DNA from: Candidatus Bathyanammoxibius amoris
GTDB taxonomy: Bacteria; Planctomycetota; Brocadiia; Brocadiales; Bathyanammoxibiaceae
Reading direction: 5' to 3'
Assembly: GCA_024451685.1 (NCBI GenBank)
Contig: JAMXCW010000010.1
Span: 3-64,002 of the forward strand
Length of the DNA stretch: 64,000 nt
Shown here: in pieces, positions 49,667 through 58,321 of the stretch
Layout of the letters: every line of letters begins with the position of its first letter
How positions within the stretch are numbered: the first letter of the stretch is position 1
The notes under the pieces: model-generated
What the model saw: the letters and a program-made list of their open reading frames with translations, nothing else
Database searches by the model: none
What the model was told of the DNA's origin: nothing
Made by a program: the position numbers and the translations under genes

Positions 49667-50119
49667 TTATAGAAAACCCACCAACTTCATTATTCTTGTT
49701 ATTACCCAGTCCACACTAAAGATGTACACCCCCAGGATAACGAGCAGTATTATCACTACCCCGGTAGAACCAACAAGTTCATCTTTGGTAGGCCACGAAA
49801 CCTTCTGGAGCTCCCCCTGGGTATCTATAAGGAACTCCACCGTCTTCTTGCTGCTTGTGTCAAGCCTGTTAAGCCCGGTCTCAAGCCCGGTAGTGTGTAC
49901 TCCAATAACGGCGACACACAAGAGAAAGAGCGCGGCAGCGGACACGAGACCCCAGGTCAGCTTTATGCCTACAAGTGGCACCACCGCCCCCGGATACAGC
50001 TCAGGGGACTCTATAAACGTTCCATAAACGGCATGCGCGGCAAAAAACGCGAACGCGCCCATCCCGACGGCCAAAAAAAGCCTGGCATGGAGCCCCTGGT
50101 TTTTCTTATATATATCCAT
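49667..50119 (-). CDS. secE: preprotein translocase subunit SecE (3-TM form)
   Basis: The C-terminal block ELQKVSWPTKDELVGSTGVVIILLVILG and its position between tRNA-Trp and nusG. The start is trimmed to ATG 50119, since 50137 would abut the tRNA. Confidence 0.88.
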   Translation of the reverse strand: MDIYKKNQGLHARLFLAVGMGAFAFFAAHAVYGTFIESPELYPGAVVPLVGIKLTWGLVSAAALFLLCVAVIGVHTTGLETGLNRLDTSSKKTVEFLIDTQGELQKVSWPTKDELVGSTGVVIILLVILGVYIFSVDWVITRIMKLVGFL

Positions 50120-50139
50120 CTGAAGTCTTACCCGCAAAA

Positions 50140-50216
50140 TGGCAGGTCCGGAGGGATTCGAACCCCCAACACCCGGATTTGGAGTCCGGTGCTCTGCCAG
50201 TTAGAGCTACGGACCT
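50140..50216 (-). tRNA. tRNA-Trp (anticodon CCA)
   Basis: Hand-folded 77 nt: acceptor AGGTCCG/CGGACCT, anticodon loop CTCCAAA, T-loop GGGGGTTCGAATCCCTC, encoded CCA. Confidence 0.9.
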
Positions 50217-50233
50217 ATTAACAAGAAATAATT

Positions 50234-50383
50234 CTACTTCTTCTGTTCTTTATGTGCCGTGTGCCTGCGGCAAAACCGGCAAAACTTCTTAATCTCCAGC
50301 CGGTCGGTCGATCTGGCCTTTTTAGTGGTGCGGTAGTTCCTGTTGGAACACTCCAAACAAACAAGCGTTATACTGTCGCGCAT
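50234..50383 (-). CDS. rpmG: 50S ribosomal protein L33 (Cys4 form)
   Basis: Hand-translated 49 aa: [49 protein letters not shown]. It is too short for the ORF track. Confidence 0.92.
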   Translation of the reverse strand: MRDSITLVCLECSNRNYRTTKKARSTDRLEIKKFCRFCRRHTAHKEQKK

Positions 50384-50393
50384 GGCGGGAGCC

Positions 50394-51596
50394 TTACTCT
50401 AAGACCTTCGTAACCACACCGGCGCCCACAGTCTTACCGCCCTCTCGGATTGCAAACCTGAGGTTCTCTTCCATCGCGATCGGGGTAATGAGCTCTATCG
50501 TCAGCCGCACATTATCCCCCGGCATCACCATGTCCGTGCCTTCCGGCAGGGTGGCCACGCCTGTAACGTCGGTGGTCCTGAAGTAAAACTGCGGCCTGTA
50601 GCCCTTGAAGAACGGTGTGTGACGGCCGCCTTCTTCTTTACTGAGGATGTACACTTCACCTTCAAACTTGGTATGGGGGGTTATGGAGCCGGGTTTGGCC
50701 AACACCTGCCCTCTCTCGAGGTCTCCCTTATCGACGCCCCTCAGGAGTATACCCACGTTGTCACCCGCCTGGCCTTCCTCCAGCGTCTTGTTGAACATCT
50801 CTACCCCCGTAACCACCGTCTTTTTAACCTCAGGGGAGAGACCCACTATCTCCACATCTTCGCCCACCTTAACCACGCCGCGGTCTATCCTTCCGGTGCC
50901 CACCGTACCACGGCCCTTTATACTAAAGACGTCTTCTATGGACATAATGAAAGGCTTGTCTATGTCCCTTACCGGCTCCGGGATGTAGCTGTCCACCGCA
51001 TCCATAAGTTTACATATAGGTCCGCACTTTTCACACTCTTTCTTGGCACAACCACATTCGCCCGCCTGCAGCGCCGAACCCCTTATGACCGGAATGTCAT
51101 CCCCGGGAAACTTGTACTCGTTGAGGAGTTCCCTCACCTCCATTTCGACCAGGTCCTGCAGCTCCTTGTCTTCCAGGGCATCAAGCTTGTTCATGAACAC
51201 AACCATAGCCGGCACCCCAACCTGTCTGGCCAATAGTATATGCTCGCGCGTCTGCGGCATAGGGCCGTCGGGGGCGCTCAACACCAGTATGGCACCGTCC
51301 ATCTGGGCCGCACCCGTTATCATATTCTTTACGTAGTCAGCATGGCCGGGACAGTCGACATGGGCGTAGTGCCTCTTTTCCGTCTCATATTCAACGTGAG
51401 CTATAGCAATTGTAATGCCTCTTTCCTTTTCCTCGGGCGCCTTGTCAATAGAGTCGAAAGCTCTCTCCTTAGCCAGGCCGGACTTGGAAAGGATATGAGT
51501 TATTACTGATGTCAGCGTAGTCTTACCATGGTCCACGTGACCTATGGTGCCAATATTAATATGGGGCTTTGTTCTTTTAAATACCTCTTTTGCCAT
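50394..51596 (-). CDS. tuf: elongation factor Tu
   Basis: 400 aa with [18 protein letters not shown] and NKLD. The G-domain carries an unusual Cys-rich segment. Confidence 0.97.
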   Translation of the reverse strand: MAKEVFKRTKPHINIGTIGHVDHGKTTLTSVITHILSKSGLAKERAFDSIDKAPEEKERGITIAIAHVEYETEKRHYAHVDCPGHADYVKNMITGAAQMDGAILVLSAPDGPMPQTREHILLARQVGVPAMVVFMNKLDALEDKELQDLVEMEVRELLNEYKFPGDDIPVIRGSALQAGECGCAKKECEKCGPICKLMDAVDSYIPEPVRDIDKPFIMSIEDVFSIKGRGTVGTGRIDRGVVKVGEDVEIVGLSPEVKKTVVTGVEMFNKTLEEGQAGDNVGILLRGVDKGDLERGQVLAKPGSITPHTKFEGEVYILSKEEGGRHTPFFKGYRPQFYFRTTDVTGVATLPEGTDMVMPGDNVRLTIELITPIAMEENLRFAIREGGKTVGAGVVTKVLE

Positions 51597-51646
51597 AGCT
51601 TACACTCTCCTTCGTCTAAAACCTCCAGCATATTGCAGGAAAGTAG

Positions 51647-51721
51647 TGGAGCTGCTGATGGGATTTGAACCCATGACCTCGTCCTTACCAAGGACGTGCT
51701 CTACCCCTGAGCCACAGCAGC
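51647..51721 (-). tRNA. tRNA-Thr (anticodon GGT)
   Basis: Hand-folded 75 nt: acceptor GCTGCTG/CAGCAGC, anticodon arm CGTCC-TTGGTAA-GGACG, encoded CCA. Confidence 0.9.
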
Positions 51722-51793
51722 ATGTTGAAAACATGTAATTTTATCATTTACTTTGACAAATGTATATAGTTATTCCAAAATTTTTTGCGGTAT

Positions 51794-51864
51794 AGCGGGC
51801 GATGGGAATCGAACCCACATGGCTAGCTTGGAAGGCTAGGGCTCTACCATTGAGCTACGCCCGC
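51794..51864 (-). tRNA. tRNA-Gly (anticodon TCC)
   Basis: Acceptor GCGGGCG/CGCCCGC, anticodon arm CTAGC-CTTCCAA-GCTAG. CCA is not encoded. Confidence 0.88.
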
Positions 51865-51867
51865 ATA

Positions 51868-51952
51868 TGGTGGGGAGAGGAGGATTTGAACCTCCGAAGG
51901 CTACGCCAACAGATTTACAGTCTGTCCCCTTTGGCCACTCGGGAATCTCCCC
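51868..51952 (-). tRNA. tRNA-Tyr (anticodon GTA), long variable arm
   Basis: 85 nt: acceptor GGGGAGA/TCTCCCC, anticodon loop CTGTAAA, long variable arm, encoded CCA. Confidence 0.9.
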
Positions 51953-52071
51953 TAATGCAAATTACATCGTAACATGATGATACCAATGTACTTACGCAGA
52001 CAGTGCGGGTCTTTAAAGACCCGCAAACCGAGGCATGAAACGAAATATTCTCGCTCTCAGTGTATACAAAA

Positions 52072-52146
52072 TGGAGCTAGCGGAGGGAGTTGAACCCACA
52101 ACCTGCTGATTACAAATCAGCTGCTCTACCGTTGAGCTACGCTAGC
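52072..52146 (-). tRNA. tRNA-Thr (anticodon TGT)
   Basis: 75 nt: acceptor GCTAGCG/CGCTAGC, anticodon arm GCTGA-TTTGTAA-TCAGC, encoded CCA. Confidence 0.9.
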
Positions 52147-52160
52147 ACTTAGAACGCCTT

Positions 52161-52188
52161 ATTATAGAAATCCCGGCCTTATTTGCAA
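52161..52188 (-). promoter_or_regulatory. sigma70-like promoter of the tRNA-tuf operon
   Basis: On the minus strand: TTGCAA (52183-52188), 16-nt spacer, TATAAT (52161-52166). This sits about 14 nt upstream of the tRNA-Thr(TGT) 5' end. Confidence 0.5.
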
Positions 52189-52204
52189 GAGAGAAAAATT
52201 CGTT

Positions 52205-52233
52205 TTGCCAACGGGGCGGGAATGCTCTATAAT
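52205..52233 (+). promoter_or_regulatory. sigma70-like promoter of the PLD-like/TPR gene pair
   Basis: TTGCCA (52205-52210), 17-nt spacer, TATAAT (52228-52233), about 22 nt upstream of ATG 52256. Confidence 0.45.
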
Positions 52234-52255
52234 TGTCTTCTGTAACATGATTTAA

Positions 52256-53161
52256 ATGGAGTATTTGATGCGGTTTATCGTAATCCCGGTCATAATCGCG
52301 TTTTGCCCCGTCGCCCTTGCCTCTACGGAAGTATTCTTCTCACCGGCAGATAGCGCTCAACAGCGCCTTGTCGCCGGCATAAATGAAGCCAAAACCTCCC
52401 TGGACATCGCTTCCTTTCAGTTCACGTCCGTCGATATCGCCGAGGCCCTCATCGAGGCCAAAGACCGGGGCGTACGCATACGGTTCCTGGCAGACGAAAA
52501 GGAGTCCGGGGCTGGCTCATCGTTGATCGCTTCTCTGGAGGATGAGGGACTGGACGGGAAGGAGGACATAAAATACTTAAAGGCCCGGTTCGGCGGTAGA
52601 ATGCACCACAGCTTCATAATCTTCGACTCTAACGCCGTATTAACCGGTTCTTACAACCTGACGGAATATTCAGACAAATTTAACTTCGAAAACGCCATCT
52701 TCACCAACGACTCCCGGCTCGTAGCAAAATATCAGATACAGTTCAATAAACTATATGGAGAACCCATAGCGACTACCGCCGTCCCGGAGAAAGAGACAAT
52801 GATGGCAAAAAAGGGGCCAGGGCGGTTTATTGCCCTAAGCCTCTCCCACCTTGGCAGACTCCTGGGACAGGACTCTACGTTGTCCGACTCTGAGAAAAAA
52901 ACAATGTGGAGTCACTACAAAGACCGTTATATTCACGGCGAAGGAGAAATTGTTTCGAGTTCCATCGATCCGTCAACGGGTCCGACGGTAGTTATAAGAG
53001 ACAGGCTGGGCACAGGGGTGGAGATACTCCTGGACGCCGACGAGACCGATAAGGTCTCCAAGACGTCGGGCGGCGGGATGGTAGGTTTCACAGGCAGGTT
53101 AATAGCGCGTCCCGGGGCCACGCACAACTACTTCAAGCTCGACCGCGGCAGTCTTAAATAA
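52256..53161 (+). CDS. exported phospholipase-D-superfamily (Nuc-like) protein with a degenerate HKD motif and an unknown C-terminal domain
   Basis: Signal peptide, then HHSFIIFDSNAVLTGSYN. This fits HxK(x)4D(x)6GSxN exactly except that Lys is replaced by Ser. The roughly 130-aa C-terminal region has no recognisable motif. Confidence 0.65.
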   Translation: MEYLMRFIVIPVIIAFCPVALASTEVFFSPADSAQQRLVAGINEAKTSLDIASFQFTSVDIAEALIEAKDRGVRIRFLADEKESGAGSSLIASLEDEGLDGKEDIKYLKARFGGRMHHSFIIFDSNAVLTGSYNLTEYSDKFNFENAIFTNDSRLVAKYQIQFNKLYGEPIATTAVPEKETMMAKKGPGRFIALSLSHLGRLLGQDSTLSDSEKKTMWSHYKDRYIHGEGEIVSSSIDPSTGPTVVIRDRLGTGVEILLDADETDKVSKTSGGGMVGFTGRLIARPGATHNYFKLDRGSLK

Positions 53162-53177
53162 TAGGGGAGGGAAGGAC

Positions 53178-55016
53178 ATGTCCAGAAGTAATCGTGCCTG
53201 CATACTTATATTTTCCTTTTTTCTTATCATGCTCGTCCCCCTCTCACCACAGGCGGCTGTGGCCGTGGAGGAGGAAGATTTTGTACACCTGTTGTCGCAA
53301 GCCGTTCAATCTATAAAGCAAGGCAGGTATGACGACGCGCTTAAGGCCTTTGACAAGGCACTGGAGATTAAACCCGAGGACTGCAAGGTCTGGGCCCATA
53401 AGGCCCAGTTGCTCGATCAAATGAGGCGGTATAAAGAGGCCGCAGAGGCATACGGCAGGGCCACAGGCATTAACCCCAACTATTACGAGGCCTGGATCAA
53501 CGCAGGCCTGGCACTGGTGCGGGTTCAGGAAGACCACGAAAAACAGGTGGAAAGGGCCATCGAGTGCTATGACAGGGCGATAGAGATTAAACCCCGCTCG
53601 TATCAGGCGTACCTCAACAAGGGCAACGCCCTCACCAGGCTGCGGAGATACGAAGAGGCGCTGAATGTCTACGATAAGGCCATTGAGGTCGACCCGAAAC
53701 ACCATGCGGCCTACACGGACAAGGGTCTCCTGTTAGGCGATATGGGGAGAAATCAAGAGGCCATAGACACGCTTGAAAGGGCCATCTGGATCAAGCCCGA
53801 TTCATACTTCACCTGGCAAAACATAGGCATGGCGCTCTTCCGCATGGGCCGGTACGAAGAGGCCGTCAAGACGTTCGCAAAGGCCTCCGAACTGAACCCG
53901 AAGGACTACGGCCCGCTTACCAACAAGGGCCTGGCGCTGGTAAGGCTGGGCCGGTACGAAGAGGCACTGAAGGCATACGACAGGGCACTCGAACTGCTGC
54001 CGACCTCATATGAGACCTGGTATAATAAAGGTTTCCTGTCCGTCGAACTGAAAAGGTATGAAGATGCCTGTAAGGCCTTTTCAAAGGCCGTAGAGATAAG
54101 GCCGGATTACCTGAAGGCATGGACCAGTATGGGTGACGTACTGACGCACATGGGCAGACAGAAGGAGGCCGGAACGGCCTACCAAAAGGCCGCCGGACTT
54201 AAACCGGACACGCCAGAGGCCTGGGTCAGCCAGGGCAGCGCCCTGACACACCTCGACAGGCACGAGGAGGCCCTGAAGTCCTTCAATAAGGCCGCCGCCA
54301 TGTCATCAAACATATATGAGGCCTGGCTCGGCAAGGCAAACGCCCTGATAAGACTCAACAGGTTTAAAGAGTCCCTCGGCGCCTTTAATCAGGCCGCTAA
54401 ACTCAGGCCGGACGCGTATGAGGTATGGTACAATACCGCTACCGTCTACATGCGCCTTACAAGATACCAGGACGCACTCAAGGCGTTCGACAGGGCCGTC
54501 CAGATAAACCCCGCCTCCAGCGAGGCCTGGTACAACAAGGCACTAATACTCGGCGAGGCCATGAGCCGCCCGGCCGATGCGTTGATGGCCGTCCAGAGGG
54601 CCACCGCACTGGAGACTAAAGAGACCCCGTCGGCCCGGAGCTGGGACTACCAGGGTCTTATACTCAGCGACCTGGAACGTTATGACGACGCCCTGCAGGC
54701 ATTCAAGAAGGCCCTTGAGATTGACCCCGGTTTCTTCTCCGCATGGCACAACATGGGTATGACGCTTGACCAGGCAGGGAGGCCCGCGGAGGCCGTTGAC
54801 GCCTACAAAAAATCCCTGAGTATAAACCCAGACTTTGCCGTCGCCTGGTATAACATGGCATCCGCCCAGGCCGAACTCAAGGACAAGCGCGGCGCACTCG
54901 AATCCCTGAGGCGCGCGGTGGAATTAAACCCTCAGATAAAGGACTGGGCGGGCAGCAACCCGGACTTCCAGCCCTTCCTGAGCGACCCGGACTTTGTGAT
55001 GGTCTTGAGGCAGTAA
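53178..55016 (+). CDS. exported TPR-repeat protein (about 16 TPR units)
   Basis: Signal peptide followed by regular 34-aa repeats (..EAL.AYD+A+E+.P....AW.N.G.AL..). AGGGGAGGG lies upstream, and the gene starts 16 nt after the PLD-like stop. Confidence 0.8.
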   Translation: MSRSNRACILIFSFFLIMLVPLSPQAAVAVEEEDFVHLLSQAVQSIKQGRYDDALKAFDKALEIKPEDCKVWAHKAQLLDQMRRYKEAAEAYGRATGINPNYYEAWINAGLALVRVQEDHEKQVERAIECYDRAIEIKPRSYQAYLNKGNALTRLRRYEEALNVYDKAIEVDPKHHAAYTDKGLLLGDMGRNQEAIDTLERAIWIKPDSYFTWQNIGMALFRMGRYEEAVKTFAKASELNPKDYGPLTNKGLALVRLGRYEEALKAYDRALELLPTSYETWYNKGFLSVELKRYEDACKAFSKAVEIRPDYLKAWTSMGDVLTHMGRQKEAGTAYQKAAGLKPDTPEAWVSQGSALTHLDRHEEALKSFNKAAAMSSNIYEAWLGKANALIRLNRFKESLGAFNQAAKLRPDAYEVWYNTATVYMRLTRYQDALKAFDRAVQINPASSEAWYNKALILGEAMSRPADALMAVQRATALETKETPSARSWDYQGLILSDLERYDDALQAFKKALEIDPGFFSAWHNMGMTLDQAGRPAEAVDAYKKSLSINPDFAVAWYNMASAQAELKDKRGALESLRRAVELNPQIKDWAGSNPDFQPFLSDPDFVMVLRQ

Positions 55017-55157
55017 TTATAGCGCATTGAGGCACACCCGGACAAACGCCGTTCTCTGGCGCAACTTCGGGGCTAAGCCCCTCGCAACGACAAAAGAAAC
55101 CAACGGACTACTACAAGCCTCCGGATGTTGCAGGACTTGTGCAGACATGCCCGGTCG

Positions 55158-56231
55158 CTAACAGACCTTTATGGCGTTGGATTTGATTATAAAAAAATAC
55201 GTCTGTCCCTTGCTTATCCCAAGTTCTTTAAGTGACTCAAGGGTTATCTCGACAATGACGCGCTCTCCCAGATTCACGTACAAAACGGCCTTGTTACCCG
55301 CCACGGATATGTCTTCCACTACTCCCTTCAGAATATTGCGCGCGCTCAGGCCCACCGGCCTCTCACGGCTTACGATTATGTCCTGGGCACGCACTATCGC
55401 CGAGACATTGGAGCCGGGCTCAGGCCCGCCCATAGGCACCACAAGTTTTTGCCTTCCCAGCTCAAGCTCCGTCACACCGCGCCCGGTGTTATGTGAAAGC
55501 ACCTTGAGGGTGAGTACGTTCTCAAGCCCCTCGGATTCTATTATGGGAAATACGTCCGGGTAGTGAAAGAGGCTTGTTGCGCCGCCGGTGGCCAGTACCC
55601 TGCCGTTCTTTACCACTATCACCTCATCGGCAAGGTTCATGATCTCAGCGAGGGCGTGGGTAACATAGAGTATTGGGACACGAAACTCTTCCTTCACCCG
55701 TTTAAGATAGCCCAGGAACCGGCTCTTCAGACCCCAGTCCAGGGCAGACACCGGCTCGTCGAATATAAGGAGCTGAGGGTTTGAAAGGAGCGCTCTGGCG
55801 ACGGCCGCCCTCTGCTGCTCTCCGCCCGATAACTGGCCTGGTTTTTTACCAAGAAGGTCTTTTATATCAAGGACGTCTATGACCGCCTGCGGCACTATAC
55901 GGTGCCCTGTCTCATCCTCCTGGCGAAAGCCGTAGTAGATATTCTTTTCCACCGTAAGATGGGGGAAAAGCAGCCCCTCCTGGAACACGTAACCCATGCC
56001 GCGACGCTCGGGGGGTAGGTTTATATGGTTCGCGCTGGAGTACAGCAGTTTGCCGTCAATTGATATCTCTCCGTCTGAGGGTTCTATTACCCCGGTGACA
56101 CAGTTAAGTATTGTAGTCTTGCCGCTCCCCGAGGGCCCAAAGATGGCGGTCAGGGTTTTTTTCTCTATGGTAAACGCAACGTCCAGGTGGAACGTGCCAA
56201 CCTGTCTTCTTATATCTACTTTGAGTTTCAT
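55158..56231 (-). CDS. modC: molybdate ABC transporter ATP-binding protein with C-terminal TOBE/Mop domain
   Basis: Walker A GPSGSGKTT, signature LSGGEQQR, Walker B LLIFDEP, a C-terminal TOBE-like region, and position downstream of modAB. Confidence 0.88.
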   Translation of the reverse strand: MKLKVDIRRQVGTFHLDVAFTIEKKTLTAIFGPSGSGKTTILNCVTGVIEPSDGEISIDGKLLYSSANHINLPPERRGMGYVFQEGLLFPHLTVEKNIYYGFRQEDETGHRIVPQAVIDVLDIKDLLGKKPGQLSGGEQQRAAVARALLSNPQLLIFDEPVSALDWGLKSRFLGYLKRVKEEFRVPILYVTHALAEIMNLADEVIVVKNGRVLATGGATSLFHYPDVFPIIESEGLENVLTLKVLSHNTGRGVTELELGRQKLVVPMGGPEPGSNVSAIVRAQDIIVSRERPVGLSARNILKGVVEDISVAGNKAVLYVNLGERVIVEITLESLKELGISKGQTYFFIIKSNAIKVC

Positions 56232-56282
56232 TTATGATAGTTTCATTATGACGCTGTGTTACATATATATTAAGGAAAGGCC

Positions 56283-56954
56283 TCAGTGGGTGGTGCGCTT
56301 GGAGATGTTTTGGGCAAGAAACAGGGCGAAAAACGCGAGTACGGTGGCGATTAATACCAGTCTTATACCCTTTTCGTCGTGACCCGTCTGGACGTAATTG
56401 AACACGGCCAGCGGGATGGTTTGTGTCTTTCCGGGGATATTCCCCGCTACCATGATGGTGGCCCCGAACTCCCCCAGACTACGCGTAAACGCGAGGATTG
56501 AGCCGGCTATCACGCCCCTTATTGCGAGCGGCAGTGTGACCGTATAGAACACCCTCCAGGGGCCTGCGCCAAGTGTCCGGGCGGCGTTCTCCAGCCTGGG
56601 GTCAACCTCTTCCATGGCAACCCGTACAACCCTTACCAGCAGCGGAAAGGCTATAAGCGCACTGGCCAGCACCGCCGCATACCATGTAAAGGGCAGCTCT
56701 ATGCCGAACTCCCCGTAAAGGGTCCGCCCGACAAGTCCCGTCCTGCTTATCAGGATAAGCAGGAAAAACCCGCTCACCACGGGCGCGAGTGCCAGAGGCA
56801 GACTGACAAGGGTATCAATAACGGACTTGCCCCTGATACGGGATTTGGCCAACACCCAGCTTATAAATATACCGGGGGGAAGGATAAGAAGCGTGCTGCA
56901 CACTGCGACCTTCATGGAGATATATATGGCGGATAGCTCTTCTTGTGATAACAC
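56283..56954 (-). CDS. modB: molybdate ABC transporter permease
   Basis: 223 aa, 5-6 TM helices, EAA-loop-like ENAARTLGAGPWRVFYTVTLP. Confidence 0.88.
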   Translation of the reverse strand: MLSQEELSAIYISMKVAVCSTLLILPPGIFISWVLAKSRIRGKSVIDTLVSLPLALAPVVSGFFLLILISRTGLVGRTLYGEFGIELPFTWYAAVLASALIAFPLLVRVVRVAMEEVDPRLENAARTLGAGPWRVFYTVTLPLAIRGVIAGSILAFTRSLGEFGATIMVAGNIPGKTQTIPLAVFNYVQTGHDEKGIRLVLIATVLAFFALFLAQNISKRTTH

Positions 56955-56957
56955 GGT

Positions 56958-57746
56958 CTAGCTCCCTTCTGCTGCCTTGAAGCCGTATGATTCAAAGGTC
57001 TCTATTGCCTCTGCGGAGGAGATAAAATCCATGAACTCCCCTGCCATGGCCCCTGCCCCCGTGTCTTTCAATATGACCGCGGGGTAGATTATCCTTGTGT
57101 GGCTGTCTTCCGGGAATTCATATGCCACTTCTACTTCATCACTTATCAAGGCATCGGTTTTGTAGACGATGCCGGCTCCGGCCGCCTGGCGTTCTACGTA
57201 TGCAAGCACGGTCCTCACGTCCAAGGCGGGTACTATCTTCGGATGCAGGTCTTCCCAGAGTCCCAGATTTTCCAGGGCCTCCTTTGCGTAGGCCCCCGCC
57301 GGTACAGAGCCCGGCTCGCCGATGGCTATCTTCCCGACCTCTCTTCGCACCAGGTCTCCGGGTTGCTCAATCTTCACTCCACCGCCTCTGGATACAATGA
57401 CAACCAGGGTGTTGGTCAGGAGGTCCTTTCTTGTGTCAAGCAGTACAAAGCCCTCAAGCTCAAGGGCGTCCGCCTGAGTGGCGCTGGCGGATATGAATAT
57501 GTCCGCCGGGGCACCTTTTAGTATCTGGCGGTAAAGGGTACCCGAACCCCCGAAACTCAAAAAGACCTTACTGCCGCCGCCCTTCTCTTCCTCAAACCTG
57601 TCCTTAATCTCTTTCATGGCGTCCGTCAGGCTCGCCGCGACAAACACCAGTATCTCGTCAGAAGATTCCTCCCCCGCGTACACGACTACCGGGAAAGAAA
57701 TGACAAGAAACAGCAAAAGAAGAATAAGTGGCCATCGTTCCCGCAT
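56958..57746 (-). CDS. modA: molybdate-binding periplasmic protein
   Basis: Signal peptide from MRERWPLILLLL, with AASL...FGGSGTLYRQILKGAPADIFISA typical of ModA. ATG 57746 is preferred over GTG 57779. Confidence 0.85.
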   Translation of the reverse strand: MRERWPLILLLLFLVISFPVVVYAGEESSDEILVFVAASLTDAMKEIKDRFEEEKGGGSKVFLSFGGSGTLYRQILKGAPADIFISASATQADALELEGFVLLDTRKDLLTNTLVVIVSRGGGVKIEQPGDLVRREVGKIAIGEPGSVPAGAYAKEALENLGLWEDLHPKIVPALDVRTVLAYVERQAAGAGIVYKTDALISDEVEVAYEFPEDSHTRIIYPAVILKDTGAGAMAGEFMDFISSAEAIETFESYGFKAAEGS

Positions 57747-57837
57747 TTTCAAGTCACCGGACTCCCATTCAGGCGACACAAAGGCGTTATATCATTATAG
57801 ACATAATAAGCCGGAGCTTCCCGTCTGTCAAGTTCTT

Positions 57838-58182
57838 TCAGTCCTTGAATACAGCCTTGTATTCTCTTTCCACGCTGGCCTTGACGCGCGCCTTGTACCT
57901 GTTGTAACGGTTGAGGAGTTTCCTGGCGTCCTTTGTGAGCCTTGCGCCACCCCCTCTCCTTCCGCCGATGCTGGTCTTGAGCAGCGTTACACCCAATCGC
58001 TTTTCCGTGGCCTTTATCTTTCCCCATGCCGCGCGGTATGACATGCCCAGTTTCTTGGCGGCCGCGTTCAGCGAACCCAGCTCATCAACCGCTTCCAGCA
58101 GGATTTTCCGGCCCTCCGCGAACACAACTCCCCCTTCTTTCTCTATCCACACCTTGAACCGGGGAGTCATCTTTTTGGGCAT
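57838..58182 (-). CDS. ModE N-terminal-domain-like winged-helix regulator without a Mop domain
   Basis: GSLNAAAKKLGMSYRAAWGKIKATEKRLG is the ModE/LysR-type HTH. It is only about 115 aa and is the first gene of the mod operon. Start could be 58182, 58170 or GTG 58206. Confidence 0.7.
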   Translation of the reverse strand: MPKKMTPRFKVWIEKEGGVVFAEGRKILLEAVDELGSLNAAAKKLGMSYRAAWGKIKATEKRLGVTLLKTSIGGRRGGGARLTKDARKLLNRYNRYKARVKASVEREYKAVFKD

Positions 58183-58259
58183 CTGGCCACGTCCTCTTCT
58201 TTTCACAAATACTTCTTCTTATTGATAAGCAAATAAATGCGGTAAGGGTAAAACGTTAA

Positions 58260-58288
58260 TTGACTTATAAACTCTACTGCGCTAATAT
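58260..58288 (+). promoter_or_regulatory. sigma70-like promoter upstream of the Cache-domain gene
   Basis: TTGACT (58260-58265), 17-nt spacer, TAATAT (58283-58288). Confidence 0.4.
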
Positions 58289-58321
58289 TAGCATTTTATC
58301 AGGCACAATAACAGAGATGAA

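Noticed and set aside
52005-52024. Perfect 20-nt palindrome GCGGGTCTTTAAAGACCCGC in the tRNA-Tyr / tRNA-Thr spacer, considered as an extra small RNA or terminator
   Set aside because: It has no U-run and no other tRNA- or sRNA-like features. It is probably a processing hairpin or another member of the intergenic hairpin repeats.
53178-55016. Possible DNA-level repeat array within the TPR gene
   Set aside because: The periodicity is at the protein level (34-aa TPR units) with divergent nucleotide sequence. It is not a DNA repeat element.
57780-58321. Possible Moco riboswitch in the mod operon leaders
   Set aside because: The spacers (58 nt, and about 115-140 nt that include a divergent promoter) look too short, and I recognised no conserved Moco-motif features. 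This was not tested computationally.
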